Below are positions 37,101 through 44,542 of a stretch of DNA of 64,000 nt, piece after piece. The stretch's first letter is position 1; every line of letters begins with the position of its first letter. Source of the stretch: a virus (Duplodnaviria > Caudoviricetes); IMG/VR virus record IMGVR_UViG_3300021133_000001, positions 76,181 to 140,180 of that record. One strand, written 5' to 3'. The notes beneath the pieces are model-generated. The model was not told where the DNA came from. It worked only from the letters and a program-made list of their open reading frames with translations, and ran no database searches. Position numbers and translations under genes: made by a program.

Positions 37101-38150
37101 ACTATAACCAGACGCGCCATCTTTACCATCTGAACCTAAAGTAAGGTTAGTTACAAACCTACTATAATGATTTGTACCAAGATACCAATATGTAATGTCA
37201 ACACCACCACCTGCATTAGGGTCTGAGGTATCTGTTGTTTGACCAAATACGCTTATCTTAATTCTGTCAGATAAGTTTAAAGGTATTGGGGTATCAATAT
37301 AATATGATGTTCTTTGGAATGTCGGTGTAGGTGTTCTTGTTAATGCATCACCTGTTACCGAAAACAACATTGTTTCATTGTCGCTTGGATCTACCTTGTA
37401 AACAGCGTAAGTTAAATGAGTATTAACGCCTGGATCCATTGCATGTGGACCAGACATTGAATAATACGTATCAAAGTACCAAGTACCAGTATTAATTAAC
37501 GACTTATTAGGAGAACCTGTAAGCGTAATTGTATATAATATTGGAGCAGGGTTTTGAAGGTAATTAAAATAACCGGAATCATCTGCAGCTTCAGCAGCAT
37601 CTTGAGGCTCTGGAGTTAAAAATACATCGTTTGGTACGTCTGCAGCAATATTAGTTGGGTATAATATTAGACCAACAACTGATTGACCAGAATAGCCAGA
37701 CTTACCACTATAACCGGATAAACCTAAACCTGAAAAACCAGAATAACCACTAGCACCGCTTATACCACTAAAACCAGAAGTACCGGAACTGCCTTGTGCT
37801 CCTTGTGCACCTTGTGCTCCGTTAATACCGGAGTAACCAGATGCACCAGTGTCTCCTTGCGGACCGGTAGGTCCTTGAGGGCCCATGTCACCTTGCGCAC
37901 CAGGAGGCCCACCTGCTGACAAAGCAGAAATTGCTACCGAGTAAGTTGTATATGAACCGTCATTATTGACTTGCTCCAAGAACGTTAGATCGTTCGTTGT
38001 AATGTTTGGGGCTTGAGAAAGTTCGTGTGGAAATACAATAGACGGTACTACATTGCTTCCGGCTGTAGTTGTTGCACCCGAAACACCATAATCATTAAGT
38101 GCGGATAATTCGTTTACATATACTATAGTGGGGTATTGCGGAACCGGCAT
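34146..38150 (-). CDS. Gly-X-Ser/collagen-like fibre protein next to the neck gene
   Basis: GFS/GIS/GYS tracts, an acidic GPQ/GAQ/GD tract, two copies of IIGTVP...GNGVIDExxGDLWVxxxGTWTNVGQVKGDSG; C-terminal domains homologous to 30973..34089. Confidence 0.9.
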   Translation of the reverse strand: MPVPQYPTIVYVNELSALNDYGVSGATTTAGSNVVPSIVFPHELSQAPNITTNDLTFLEQVNNDGSYTTYSVAISALSAGGPPGAQGDMGPQGPTGPQGDTGASGYSGINGAQGAQGAQGSSGTSGFSGISGASGYSGFSGLGLSGYSGKSGYSGQSVVGLILYPTNIAADVPNDVFLTPEPQDAAEAADDSGYFNYLQNPAPILYTITLTGSPNKSLINTGTWYFDTYYSMSGPHAMDPGVNTHLTYAVYKVDPSDNETMLFSVTGDALTRTPTPTFQRTSYYIDTPIPLNLSDRIKISVFGQTTDTSDPNAGGGVDITYWYLGTNHYSRFVTNLTLGSDGKDGASGYSGATGPQGAQGDQGISGFSGDSTSGYSGISGYSGDMGYSGTSGYSGFSGYSGYMGFSGISGYSGFSGYVGFSGYSGFTGQSGISGFSGISGYSGYSGQSGFSGISGWSGYSGYSGQSGFSGISGASGTSGYSGFSGISGASGISGFSGISGYSGYTGQSGFSGISGFSGISGASGTSGFSGISGRSGFSGITGYSGFSGASGISGFSGISGFSGISGYSGFSGISGFSGISGFSGTSGKSGYSGKDGTSVTIIGTVPTVGGNAQATLNAAFPGAVNGNGVIDENTGDLWVYTNGTWTNVGQVKGDSGTSGWSGASGISGFSGYSGFVGISGFSGISGFSGISGYSGFSGQSGISGFSGSGVSGYSGYSGQSGFSGISGFSGISGFSGISGYTGISGWSGFSGISGFSGISGASGISGFSGISGWSGFSGISGFSGISGTSGWSGFSGISGFTGDSGWSGISGYSGFSGFSGISGFTGTSGFSGFSGISGFSGDSGISGYSGYTGVSGWSGYSGFSGFTGISGFSGFSGSGVSGYSGFGPQGAQGDIGPQGYQGDVGSQGAQGYQGAQGDFGPQGAQGDIGPQGNQGDTGPQGAQGDQGFQGSQGSQGDIGPQGAQGDVGLSGYSGVNGSSVAIIGTVPDANVNPPGDPQQTLNAAFSSAVDGNGVIDETSGDLWVHAGGTWTNVGQVKGDSGTSGSSGWSGFSGYQGVQGFSGISGFSGYSGIDGFSGISGWSGFSGYSGIMGYSGISGFSGFSGISGYSGSPVNISSQLITYSNSFSAGQVVRLDNGNSGWFLSQANTPQNAEATGVVQYASAYDFYIVYNGLITFDQPLLNPGECYFLSPDVPGAITTAVVSATGTVSKPILRAITSNVGVVVNERGILNSNDSALGGSVNVTGVTNQYYTAVPTDYYIGVQYNGPSTITLPVGYNGKAYSIKDMTGLANDTTNTITISATYPDTIDGYTFDQITSPYETISLVYYGNRWNLV

Positions 38151-38162
38151 ATTATATTATAT

Positions 38163-39167
38163 TTAATTGTTCGTACTTGGAAAACCGAGATAAGTTAGAG
38201 GTCTTCCTTCAACACCAGCGGCGCTAGCGGCCGGGTGTAGTAAATTACCACCATACAGATCAACTAATGTAATATTGCTTTCATAAGAACCGTATACTCC
38301 TGTATCAGGTTTACCAGTTGTGCCACTGTTACCACTATAACTTAAATATCCAGATAATGGTGCGTTATGGTTAGTTGTATAGTTATATACAGTATTTTTT
38401 GTGAGATGATCAACATTTTGTGGATATGCTTTGTCATCAATAACACGAGCATTAAATCCATTACTACCTGTATTGAGAGGTATTAGACCGTCAACTTTAT
38501 TATCATACACTTGATCACTAAAGTTTTCACGAGGTGCTTCTGGTTCAAATGTATATTCATAACGCTTACCTTTAATCGTCCATATATAATGACCTAATAA
38601 TTGATTACGATCTCCACCTTTTTGATCAACACGCTCTGTTATTTCAAATATTTGACCCGATCTACCATTTGGTCTTGTTGCACCATACTCAACTAACTCT
38701 ATTACATCCCCTGCTTTAGGTTCAAAATTGTATTGAGATGTTACACTACTTAAAGATGATGTTGATAGAGCGTTGGTAAACGTATTAATAGATATAACAC
38801 CGGTTATATCAGCTTCACCCTGTAAACCGAACTTACTTAATATAATACTATCATTATTAAGTGTTATTGCCATTACCAAATTAAATGGTGGTAAGAATCC
38901 AGCTAGAGGTTGTTCACCGTAAAAGAAATCGTGGCCAGAAAGTGTATAATTGTTAACATAATAATATACAAGCATTCCGTATTGGCTTATTTGCTCGTTC
39001 CACCAATTATTAAATAATTGGATTTCATATGCATTAGTTGTAATGTCTAAATAACGCAAGTTTCCTATACTACAGGATGCAGCTCCAGGTATGTTTGTTC
39101 CGACTGGGTTAGTGGTACCTGGTGGTACATAAGGACCTGTATCCACACAATATTGCGATATTGACAT
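38163..39167 (-). CDS. Neck/head-completion protein, T4 gp14-like
   Basis: EQISQYGMLVYY...FFYGE...ILSKFGLQ...EPKAGDVI...IFEITE...YIWTIKGKRYEY. Start moved to ATG 39167 (MSISQY), which has TAAATA 5 nt upstream and avoids overlap with the divergent gene. Confidence 0.8.
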   Translation of the reverse strand: MSISQYCVDTGPYVPPGTTNPVGTNIPGAASCSIGNLRYLDITTNAYEIQLFNNWWNEQISQYGMLVYYYVNNYTLSGHDFFYGEQPLAGFLPPFNLVMAITLNNDSIILSKFGLQGEADITGVISINTFTNALSTSSLSSVTSQYNFEPKAGDVIELVEYGATRPNGRSGQIFEITERVDQKGGDRNQLLGHYIWTIKGKRYEYTFEPEAPRENFSDQVYDNKVDGLIPLNTGSNGFNARVIDDKAYPQNVDHLTKNTVYNYTTNHNAPLSGYLSYSGNSGTTGKPDTGVYGSYESNITLVDLYGGNLLHPAASAAGVEGRPLTYLGFPSTNN

Positions 39168-39172
39168 AAAAA

Positions 39173-39214
39173 TATTTACAAAAAGTATAGAATTAATCTG
39201 TAATATACTAAATA
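39173..39214. promoter_or_regulatory. Back-to-back TAAATA motifs for the divergent neck gene and acidic-protein gene
   Basis: Minus-strand motif at 39173-39178 (5 nt before ATG 39167); plus-strand motif at 39209-39214 (8 nt before ATG 39223). Confidence 0.55.
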
Positions 39215-39222
39215 ATATTATA

Positions 39223-40215
39223 ATGAGCAAATTAAAGAACCTATCCGATCTGGACTCTCTATATAATATGGTCCAAGAAAACGCTGCTAAAATGCCAGCT
39301 ATTCAAAACGGTAACAAGCAGCCTGATATTCTTTTAACAGATGCGTCAATGTACTTACCTACATCCTCGAAGCAAGAAGCTCTTAATGAAAACGCCCCTA
39401 AAGTAGGAGAAGGTTTTGGTAAGAAAGAAGAAAAGCTAGCTAAAGGTACAGGTCCTGATGCAGCTGAAGGCTTTAAGAAGAACGAAGCTAAAGAAAAACA
39501 AGAAGCAGCTAAAGAAACAAAGCAAGAAGAAGGAGATATGGAAGCTGCAGAAAAGAATGAAGAAGCTCCTGAAAAAGAAAAAGTAGAGGAGACTGTAGAT
39601 TCTAGTTCCAGAACTCCTAAATATAATAAACAACATTTTACTATGCCTAAATCAAAATTCCAAAAACTATATGAGGACGCAGTTAATGGCGTGCCTTTCG
39701 TTGCTCAAGAAGAAGAACAAATCGCTCCAGTAGAGCCAGCTGCTGATCATGAAGAACCAGCAATGGGTGGTCCTGAGGGTGATGAAGGTGAAGAAGCATG
39801 CTGCACGCATGAAGAAGCTATCGAAATGGTAGAAAAACTTTTAAAGTTCCTTAAAAAGGATACAGCATATGATAAAGAACATGGTGATTTAGGTGATGAA
39901 GATCAAGCATTCACCGGTGGCGGTGAAGAAGAAGAGGGTGCAATGGGAGAAGCTGTTGAAGCTGAAGACCTAGGTCACCCGCTCGAAGGTGCTAAATCAG
40001 AAGAACTTAAAGACGGTCACAAGATTCACAAAGTCGGTGGCGCTGGTGTAACTAAAGTTAAAGGCGCTGCAACTGAACAAGGTGCAAGCTTTAAGAATGA
40101 GCCAGCTCCTAAGAAAGAAAAAGAATCAGCTCACTTAAAAGACGGTCATAAATTACATACAGTAGGCAATCTTACACCTGACAAAGGTGAAGGTGCAAAC
40201 ATATTCACGAAGTAA
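39223..40215 (+). CDS. Highly acidic/charged low-complexity protein (possible prohead core or internal head protein)
   Basis: Glu/Lys/Ala-rich; repeated LKDGHKxHxVG near the C-terminus; own TAAATA motif and terminator. Confidence 0.7.
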   Translation: MSKLKNLSDLDSLYNMVQENAAKMPAIQNGNKQPDILLTDASMYLPTSSKQEALNENAPKVGEGFGKKEEKLAKGTGPDAAEGFKKNEAKEKQEAAKETKQEEGDMEAAEKNEEAPEKEKVEETVDSSSRTPKYNKQHFTMPKSKFQKLYEDAVNGVPFVAQEEEQIAPVEPAADHEEPAMGGPEGDEGEEACCTHEEAIEMVEKLLKFLKKDTAYDKEHGDLGDEDQAFTGGGEEEEGAMGEAVEAEDLGHPLEGAKSEELKDGHKIHKVGGAGVTKVKGAATEQGASFKNEPAPKKEKESAHLKDGHKLHTVGNLTPDKGEGANIFTK

Positions 40216-40237
40216 TTTTAAGGCATAGATAATTCAC

Positions 40238-40265
40238 AAAGCCCTTAGCAATAAGGGCTTTTTTT
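40238..40265 (+). terminator. Rho-independent terminator between convergent genes (possibly bidirectional)
   Basis: aaagccctta-gcaa-taagggcttt hairpin with GNRA loop followed by a T run. Confidence 0.9.
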
Positions 40266-40273
40266 ATGGCTAC

Positions 40274-42058
40274 TTAATAAGGTCTATCGTTTATAAACCT
40301 TTTATCTAACATACCAGCAGCTGGACTACCATGAGGCAATCTCCAGCCCTGTTCAAATAATTCATCCATATCAGGATTAGCATTACTCGGACCTTGAGAT
40401 ATAATAACAGGGTTACGTGCAGTAATATCCGGTTCTTTATTTTTATTAAATTTATTATACATCTCAGAAGGCTTTGGCATACTAACTACAAACGGGTCCC
40501 AATTGTTAGGTATCATATGTAATGGTTTACCATTGCTATCTTGCTGAGTCACTTCGTAAAATTGTTCTACTACTTTAGGGTCTAATATAAACATTGCCCA
40601 AATAAGAGCTTCTACTCTATCATCCAAGTACTTGTCAGATTGTTTTTTCCATACTCCGTTTGGTTGGCGTATATACGTTTTAAACTCTTCTATAGTCTGC
40701 TTGTCATATAACTTGACACACCTCAATACATTCATCCAGTACCTAAAATTAGCCATGGAGTTGAACTTACTGTTGGTATGAGAATAAACACCTAGACGGT
40801 TATCCTTTTCTACCTTTTCAGTAAACGAACCCATACTCGGGGTATACTTTACTATGTTGGGGTATTGGTGAGTATTAACTAAAGCATCTACTACTGAGGC
40901 TCCGCAGTTGTTACGCTCTACTAATAATGGCGGGTTACCCCATTGACCGGCTATTTCTACGAGCCTCCCAGCAAAATTAAATGGGTCTAGTTTATTATTA
41001 GCGTATGTAGCTACTTGTTCTATGTTAGTTAAATCTGTAACATCCACTACTTGTATAACTGAGTTAGCTCTACCAATACCTTCGCCAACGTCAACCCCAA
41101 TACTATAGAAGTGACCATCTATATGATCTTTATATATTTTAAAAGTACCATCATCATCTTCATAAACGGGATCTGGAGCATTAGTTGTTAATTCGTCTAA
41201 CTGATCTTTATCAAAAATGTTTTCACCTGCAGCTCTAAACTCGTTACCATACTCTTGGTTAAATGACTCTTCTGAACCAAGAGCTCTCATTGTCATTTCT
41301 TTCCATTTTTCATCTCTACCTGGAACCTCGTGCCAATCTACACGCTCATGGTGCCATCCATTTTTACCCGCTACTGCATCGGTATAAGTATTAAAGAAAA
41401 GATTACCCACACCGTTAGGGGTAGATAACATAAAGATTTTAGACTTCTTAGAGGATGAAATAACAGGAAATACTGATTCCCAAAAGTCGTCCATAAACTC
41501 TGGCGGAATAAATGCAGCTTCGTCCAAGAGTAGACAGTTAATAGACTCACCTCTAGCAGCATCAGACGTTGTAGTACTAATACCAATAGAGGAACCGTTC
41601 TCTAGTTCCATACCTTCTTTTGCGTAAGCCACTACACCTGGTTTCATATAGTTAGGTAGCATTTCGTACGCTAGTTTAATACGTTTAAAAATGTTTTTAG
41701 CAGTTTCCTGTTTATTAGCAATTAGTAGTACTCTATAATCGTCATGAAAACAAATCATCCACAAAGCAAATATGGTTAAGATAGTTGTTTTACCAATCTG
41801 TCTAGAAGCTAATACAACATTAAACCTGTTCTCTACCAACGCTTTAAGTACTCTCTTTTGAAAGTTATAAAGCTTAATTGGTTGCTTACCTTCGTCCAAA
41901 CTAACAATGTAAAAGAAACGAGAAAAGTGTAAAATAGACTTGCGCGCTCTTTCTAGATCTTCCACCATCTCTGGTGTCCAATTAAATTGAGTTTCCGGCA
42001 CGGGTAAGTTTTTATTACCCAAATAATACGTTGTCTGATCTCCTTTTGCTTTTGCCAT
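40274..42058 (-). CDS. terL: Terminase large subunit, T4 gp17-like
   Basis: LYNFQK (adenine-binding), ASRQIGKTT (Walker A), LLLDEAAF (Walker B), STPNG, FNQEY, IGVDVGEG nuclease motif, DDRV. Confidence 0.97.
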   Translation of the reverse strand: MAKAKGDQTTYYLGNKNLPVPETQFNWTPEMVEDLERARKSILHFSRFFYIVSLDEGKQPIKLYNFQKRVLKALVENRFNVVLASRQIGKTTILTIFALWMICFHDDYRVLLIANKQETAKNIFKRIKLAYEMLPNYMKPGVVAYAKEGMELENGSSIGISTTTSDAARGESINCLLLDEAAFIPPEFMDDFWESVFPVISSSKKSKIFMLSTPNGVGNLFFNTYTDAVAGKNGWHHERVDWHEVPGRDEKWKEMTMRALGSEESFNQEYGNEFRAAGENIFDKDQLDELTTNAPDPVYEDDDGTFKIYKDHIDGHFYSIGVDVGEGIGRANSVIQVVDVTDLTNIEQVATYANNKLDPFNFAGRLVEIAGQWGNPPLLVERNNCGASVVDALVNTHQYPNIVKYTPSMGSFTEKVEKDNRLGVYSHTNSKFNSMANFRYWMNVLRCVKLYDKQTIEEFKTYIRQPNGVWKKQSDKYLDDRVEALIWAMFILDPKVVEQFYEVTQQDSNGKPLHMIPNNWDPFVVSMPKPSEMYNKFNKNKEPDITARNPVIISQGPSNANPDMDELFEQGWRLPHGSPAAGMLDKRFINDRPY

Positions 42059-42064
42059 TATATA

Positions 42065-42070
42065 TACTTA
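42065..42070 (-). promoter_or_regulatory. TAAGTA late-promoter-like motif upstream of terL
   Basis: Minus strand agTAAGTAtatataATG. Confidence 0.55.
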
Positions 42071-42106
42071 CTATGGATCTACTACTAGTCAAAAGTAAGT
42101 TATAGT

Positions 42107-42781
42107 ATGAAAAAGCTAACTTTAACGGATAATAAATTTAACCCTATTGGATACTGGAGTGTACCTATTAAAGCTTTTGAAGATTTTCCTACTGCTGGGC
42201 ATATGCCTGTATTACCAGGGCCTGAATTTTTAGAACTGTTCGATCAAGAAGGGTATGTTATGACAAAGTTAGAACAGTGGTACGCGTATGATAGTAAAGA
42301 AAATTTATCAACTCACTACCCGGATCAACAGTGTTTACGTAGACCGTGGATTGTACAAGAAGGTGTAGTGTTTGAAGGAGCTAACCTTAACCATAGCTTA
42401 CTGTTTGAACGTAGAGGTTTTACTGGAAAAGCACTAGATAGACTTAAACTGTGGTCTGAATGGAATACCCAACTATACAAGCTTATTAAGTTAAAACCAA
42501 AATGGGGGTTAGATTTTTCAATAGATTATACAGATAAAGAGGGTAACTGTATAGAAGTTTTACACTATGAACATGATGAATTTAGCTATGAAAAAATAGA
42601 AGAAAGAAGGCTCTTAGTTGAACCTCTTTTTTTAAATACTGATTGGGATGATGTAGCTAAACAAATACTAAAGCGTAAAGATGAATGGATTAATTTAGAC
42701 ATATTTGCACAAGGAGATTGGAAGTGTGCGTATTTAGGTATACCTACAGATAGTCAAAAAATGATTTCTTGGGAAACCTAA
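42107..42781 (+). CDS. Hypothetical protein
   Basis: 224 aa ORF with ATG start, divergent from terL; ELFDQEGY and KWGLDFSIDY look like conserved blocks but I cannot assign a family. Confidence 0.7.
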   Translation: MKKLTLTDNKFNPIGYWSVPIKAFEDFPTAGHMPVLPGPEFLELFDQEGYVMTKLEQWYAYDSKENLSTHYPDQQCLRRPWIVQEGVVFEGANLNHSLLFERRGFTGKALDRLKLWSEWNTQLYKLIKLKPKWGLDFSIDYTDKEGNCIEVLHYEHDEFSYEKIEERRLLVEPLFLNTDWDDVAKQILKRKDEWINLDIFAQGDWKCAYLGIPTDSQKMISWET

Positions 42782-42814
42782 TATAATTAAATAATACGTA
42801 AGTAATTGTATAAC

Positions 42815-43882
42815 ATGTTGCCTTCTGACAAGCTTACGTTTGAATATCACGATACTCTCAATCCTTTAATATGGGATGGAGGTACTATTAAACCGGAAAT
42901 TAAAAATAAGCTATTAGAAGTTGCTGAAGCATTTTTAGAAACAGTAGAAATTCCGGTAGATGTAGAGGATATTACTTTAACTGGTTCTTTGGCTAACTAT
43001 AACTATACTGAATATAGCGATTTTGATTTGCATATTATAACAGATTGTAGAGATTATAATATAGACGAAGCTTTACTTAAAGATTATTTTAAGGCTAAAA
43101 AGACTGTTTGGAATAGTACGCACGAAATTAAAATTAAAAACTATGACGTAGAAGTATATATACAAGATATACTTGAACCTCATCATTCTACAGGTGTATA
43201 TTCATTAAAAAACGATGCTTGGGTACATAAACCTCAAAAATCAGACCATATAGATAAAAAAGAGATAGCTAAAAAGGCTGAAGCAATGAGACATATGATT
43301 GACCATGCTTTGAGCGATAAATGTGATTTGGAGTGTGCTGAAAATGTAAAAGATAAAATTTTAAAAACTAGACAGGCTGGTTTAGTTAAAGGCGGAGAAT
43401 ACTCTATAGAAAATTTAGCGTATAAAGAGTTAAGACGTACTAAAGATATTGATAGGTTAATACAAGGCGTAATAGCTAAAAGAGATAAAGAGCTATCTTT
43501 AAATCAAGAAGCTGAAACTTTTAAGACGTTTATGTCTCAACCAGGCATAACTAGCGGTAAAGGTAGTCGTGGTCCAAGACATCAATCTCCTACGGCGGGT
43601 ATGAGCAAATTAACTAGGCACGATACAAAATCGGTCAGTATTATTGCTAAGACTCACAGAGAGATGGAGACTCCTTTTCCTGAAATTGAAAACTTAAAAA
43701 AGAAACCACGTGGTAAAACATATATTATACCTCAAACCGCTCAAGCAATTGCTCGTTTTTATAGTATGAATATGGATAAGGTAAATACCGAGCCTCGTGG
43801 TCTAAGTACTAGTGGCATTGTACTCGGTTTTGATCCAATTGTAAGAAGACACTATTTAGAAAAGAAAGAAAAAGGCAAATAA
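42815..43882 (+). CDS. Pol-beta-superfamily nucleotidyltransferase-domain protein
   Basis: DITLTGSLANYNY..YSDFDLH (GS...DxD) with a later VEVYIQD acidic strand; ATG at 42815 preferred over TTG at 42806. Confidence 0.75.
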   Translation: MLPSDKLTFEYHDTLNPLIWDGGTIKPEIKNKLLEVAEAFLETVEIPVDVEDITLTGSLANYNYTEYSDFDLHIITDCRDYNIDEALLKDYFKAKKTVWNSTHEIKIKNYDVEVYIQDILEPHHSTGVYSLKNDAWVHKPQKSDHIDKKEIAKKAEAMRHMIDHALSDKCDLECAENVKDKILKTRQAGLVKGGEYSIENLAYKELRRTKDIDRLIQGVIAKRDKELSLNQEAETFKTFMSQPGITSGKGSRGPRHQSPTAGMSKLTRHDTKSVSIIAKTHREMETPFPEIENLKKKPRGKTYIIPQTAQAIARFYSMNMDKVNTEPRGLSTSGIVLGFDPIVRRHYLEKKEKGK

Positions 43883-44493
43883 TGGCACTCGGACCTATAA
43901 CACAACAGTCTATTCTTAATAAAAGTAGAAAAGATAAATTTCTACTCACGTTAAACCTGCCTGACGCTCTTAAGAAGATTAATATATTAAATCAAAGCGA
44001 CAGAACAAATGATGGAGTATATCTAGATTCTTTGCAATATTCGGTTTACGGTACAGTTGTACCCGCTACCGCAATAAATCCTGTCGATTTACCATTTTCC
44101 GGTCAAACTTTAAGCGTAACTTCTAACAAAAGAGAGAAGTACCAAAACATTACTGTAAACTTTACAGTAGATAACAATTATAACAACTGGTGGGTATTAT
44201 GGAAGTGGTTGGATTATATAAACGGTGTTACAAGTAGTACTATGGATCCTGATAACTTAACACAATTACCTCAAACACCAACTCAGTATGCAGGCTTAGC
44301 AAATCTACAGCCTTACCAAACAAGTGTGGTGGTGGAGGGGTTGGATGAATATAATAATAAGAAAATCCGTTGGACGTATAGCAAAGCCTTTATTACAAAT
44401 TTAACAGGCATAACTTATAGTTATAGAGATGCTGATCAGTTAGAGTCTTCATTTACGTTCTCGTTCAGCCAGTTGACTTCAGAATTACTGTAA
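43882..44493 (+). CDS. Tail tube terminator / tail completion protein, T4 gp3-like
   Basis: YQNITVNFTVDNNYNNWWVLWKWL matches the gp3 pattern LxVxFxVDExxxNWxxxxxW; located just before the sheath. Confidence 0.75.
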   Translation: MALGPITQQSILNKSRKDKFLLTLNLPDALKKINILNQSDRTNDGVYLDSLQYSVYGTVVPATAINPVDLPFSGQTLSVTSNKREKYQNITVNFTVDNNYNNWWVLWKWLDYINGVTSSTMDPDNLTQLPQTPTQYAGLANLQPYQTSVVVEGLDEYNNKKIRWTYSKAFITNLTGITYSYRDADQLESSFTFSFSQLTSELL

Positions 44494-44521
44494 AACAACA
44501 AGGTTTTCTCGCGGAAAAGCC

Positions 44522-44537
44522 TAAATAATAGTAAATA
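44522..44537 (+). promoter_or_regulatory. Two TAAATA late-promoter-like motifs upstream of the tail sheath
   Basis: cTAAATAatagTAAATActactATG; resembles the T4 late promoter TATAAATA. Confidence 0.6.
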
Positions 44538-44542
44538 CTACT

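Noticed and set aside
8771-37129. Many short alternative-frame and antisense ORFs in the track (VLKVL/LVVFQA-type, STLST-type, APCAP-type, KPDIP-type)
   Set aside because: They are shadows of the Gly-X-Y repeats, which lack stops in other frames; each lies inside a longer coherent gene.
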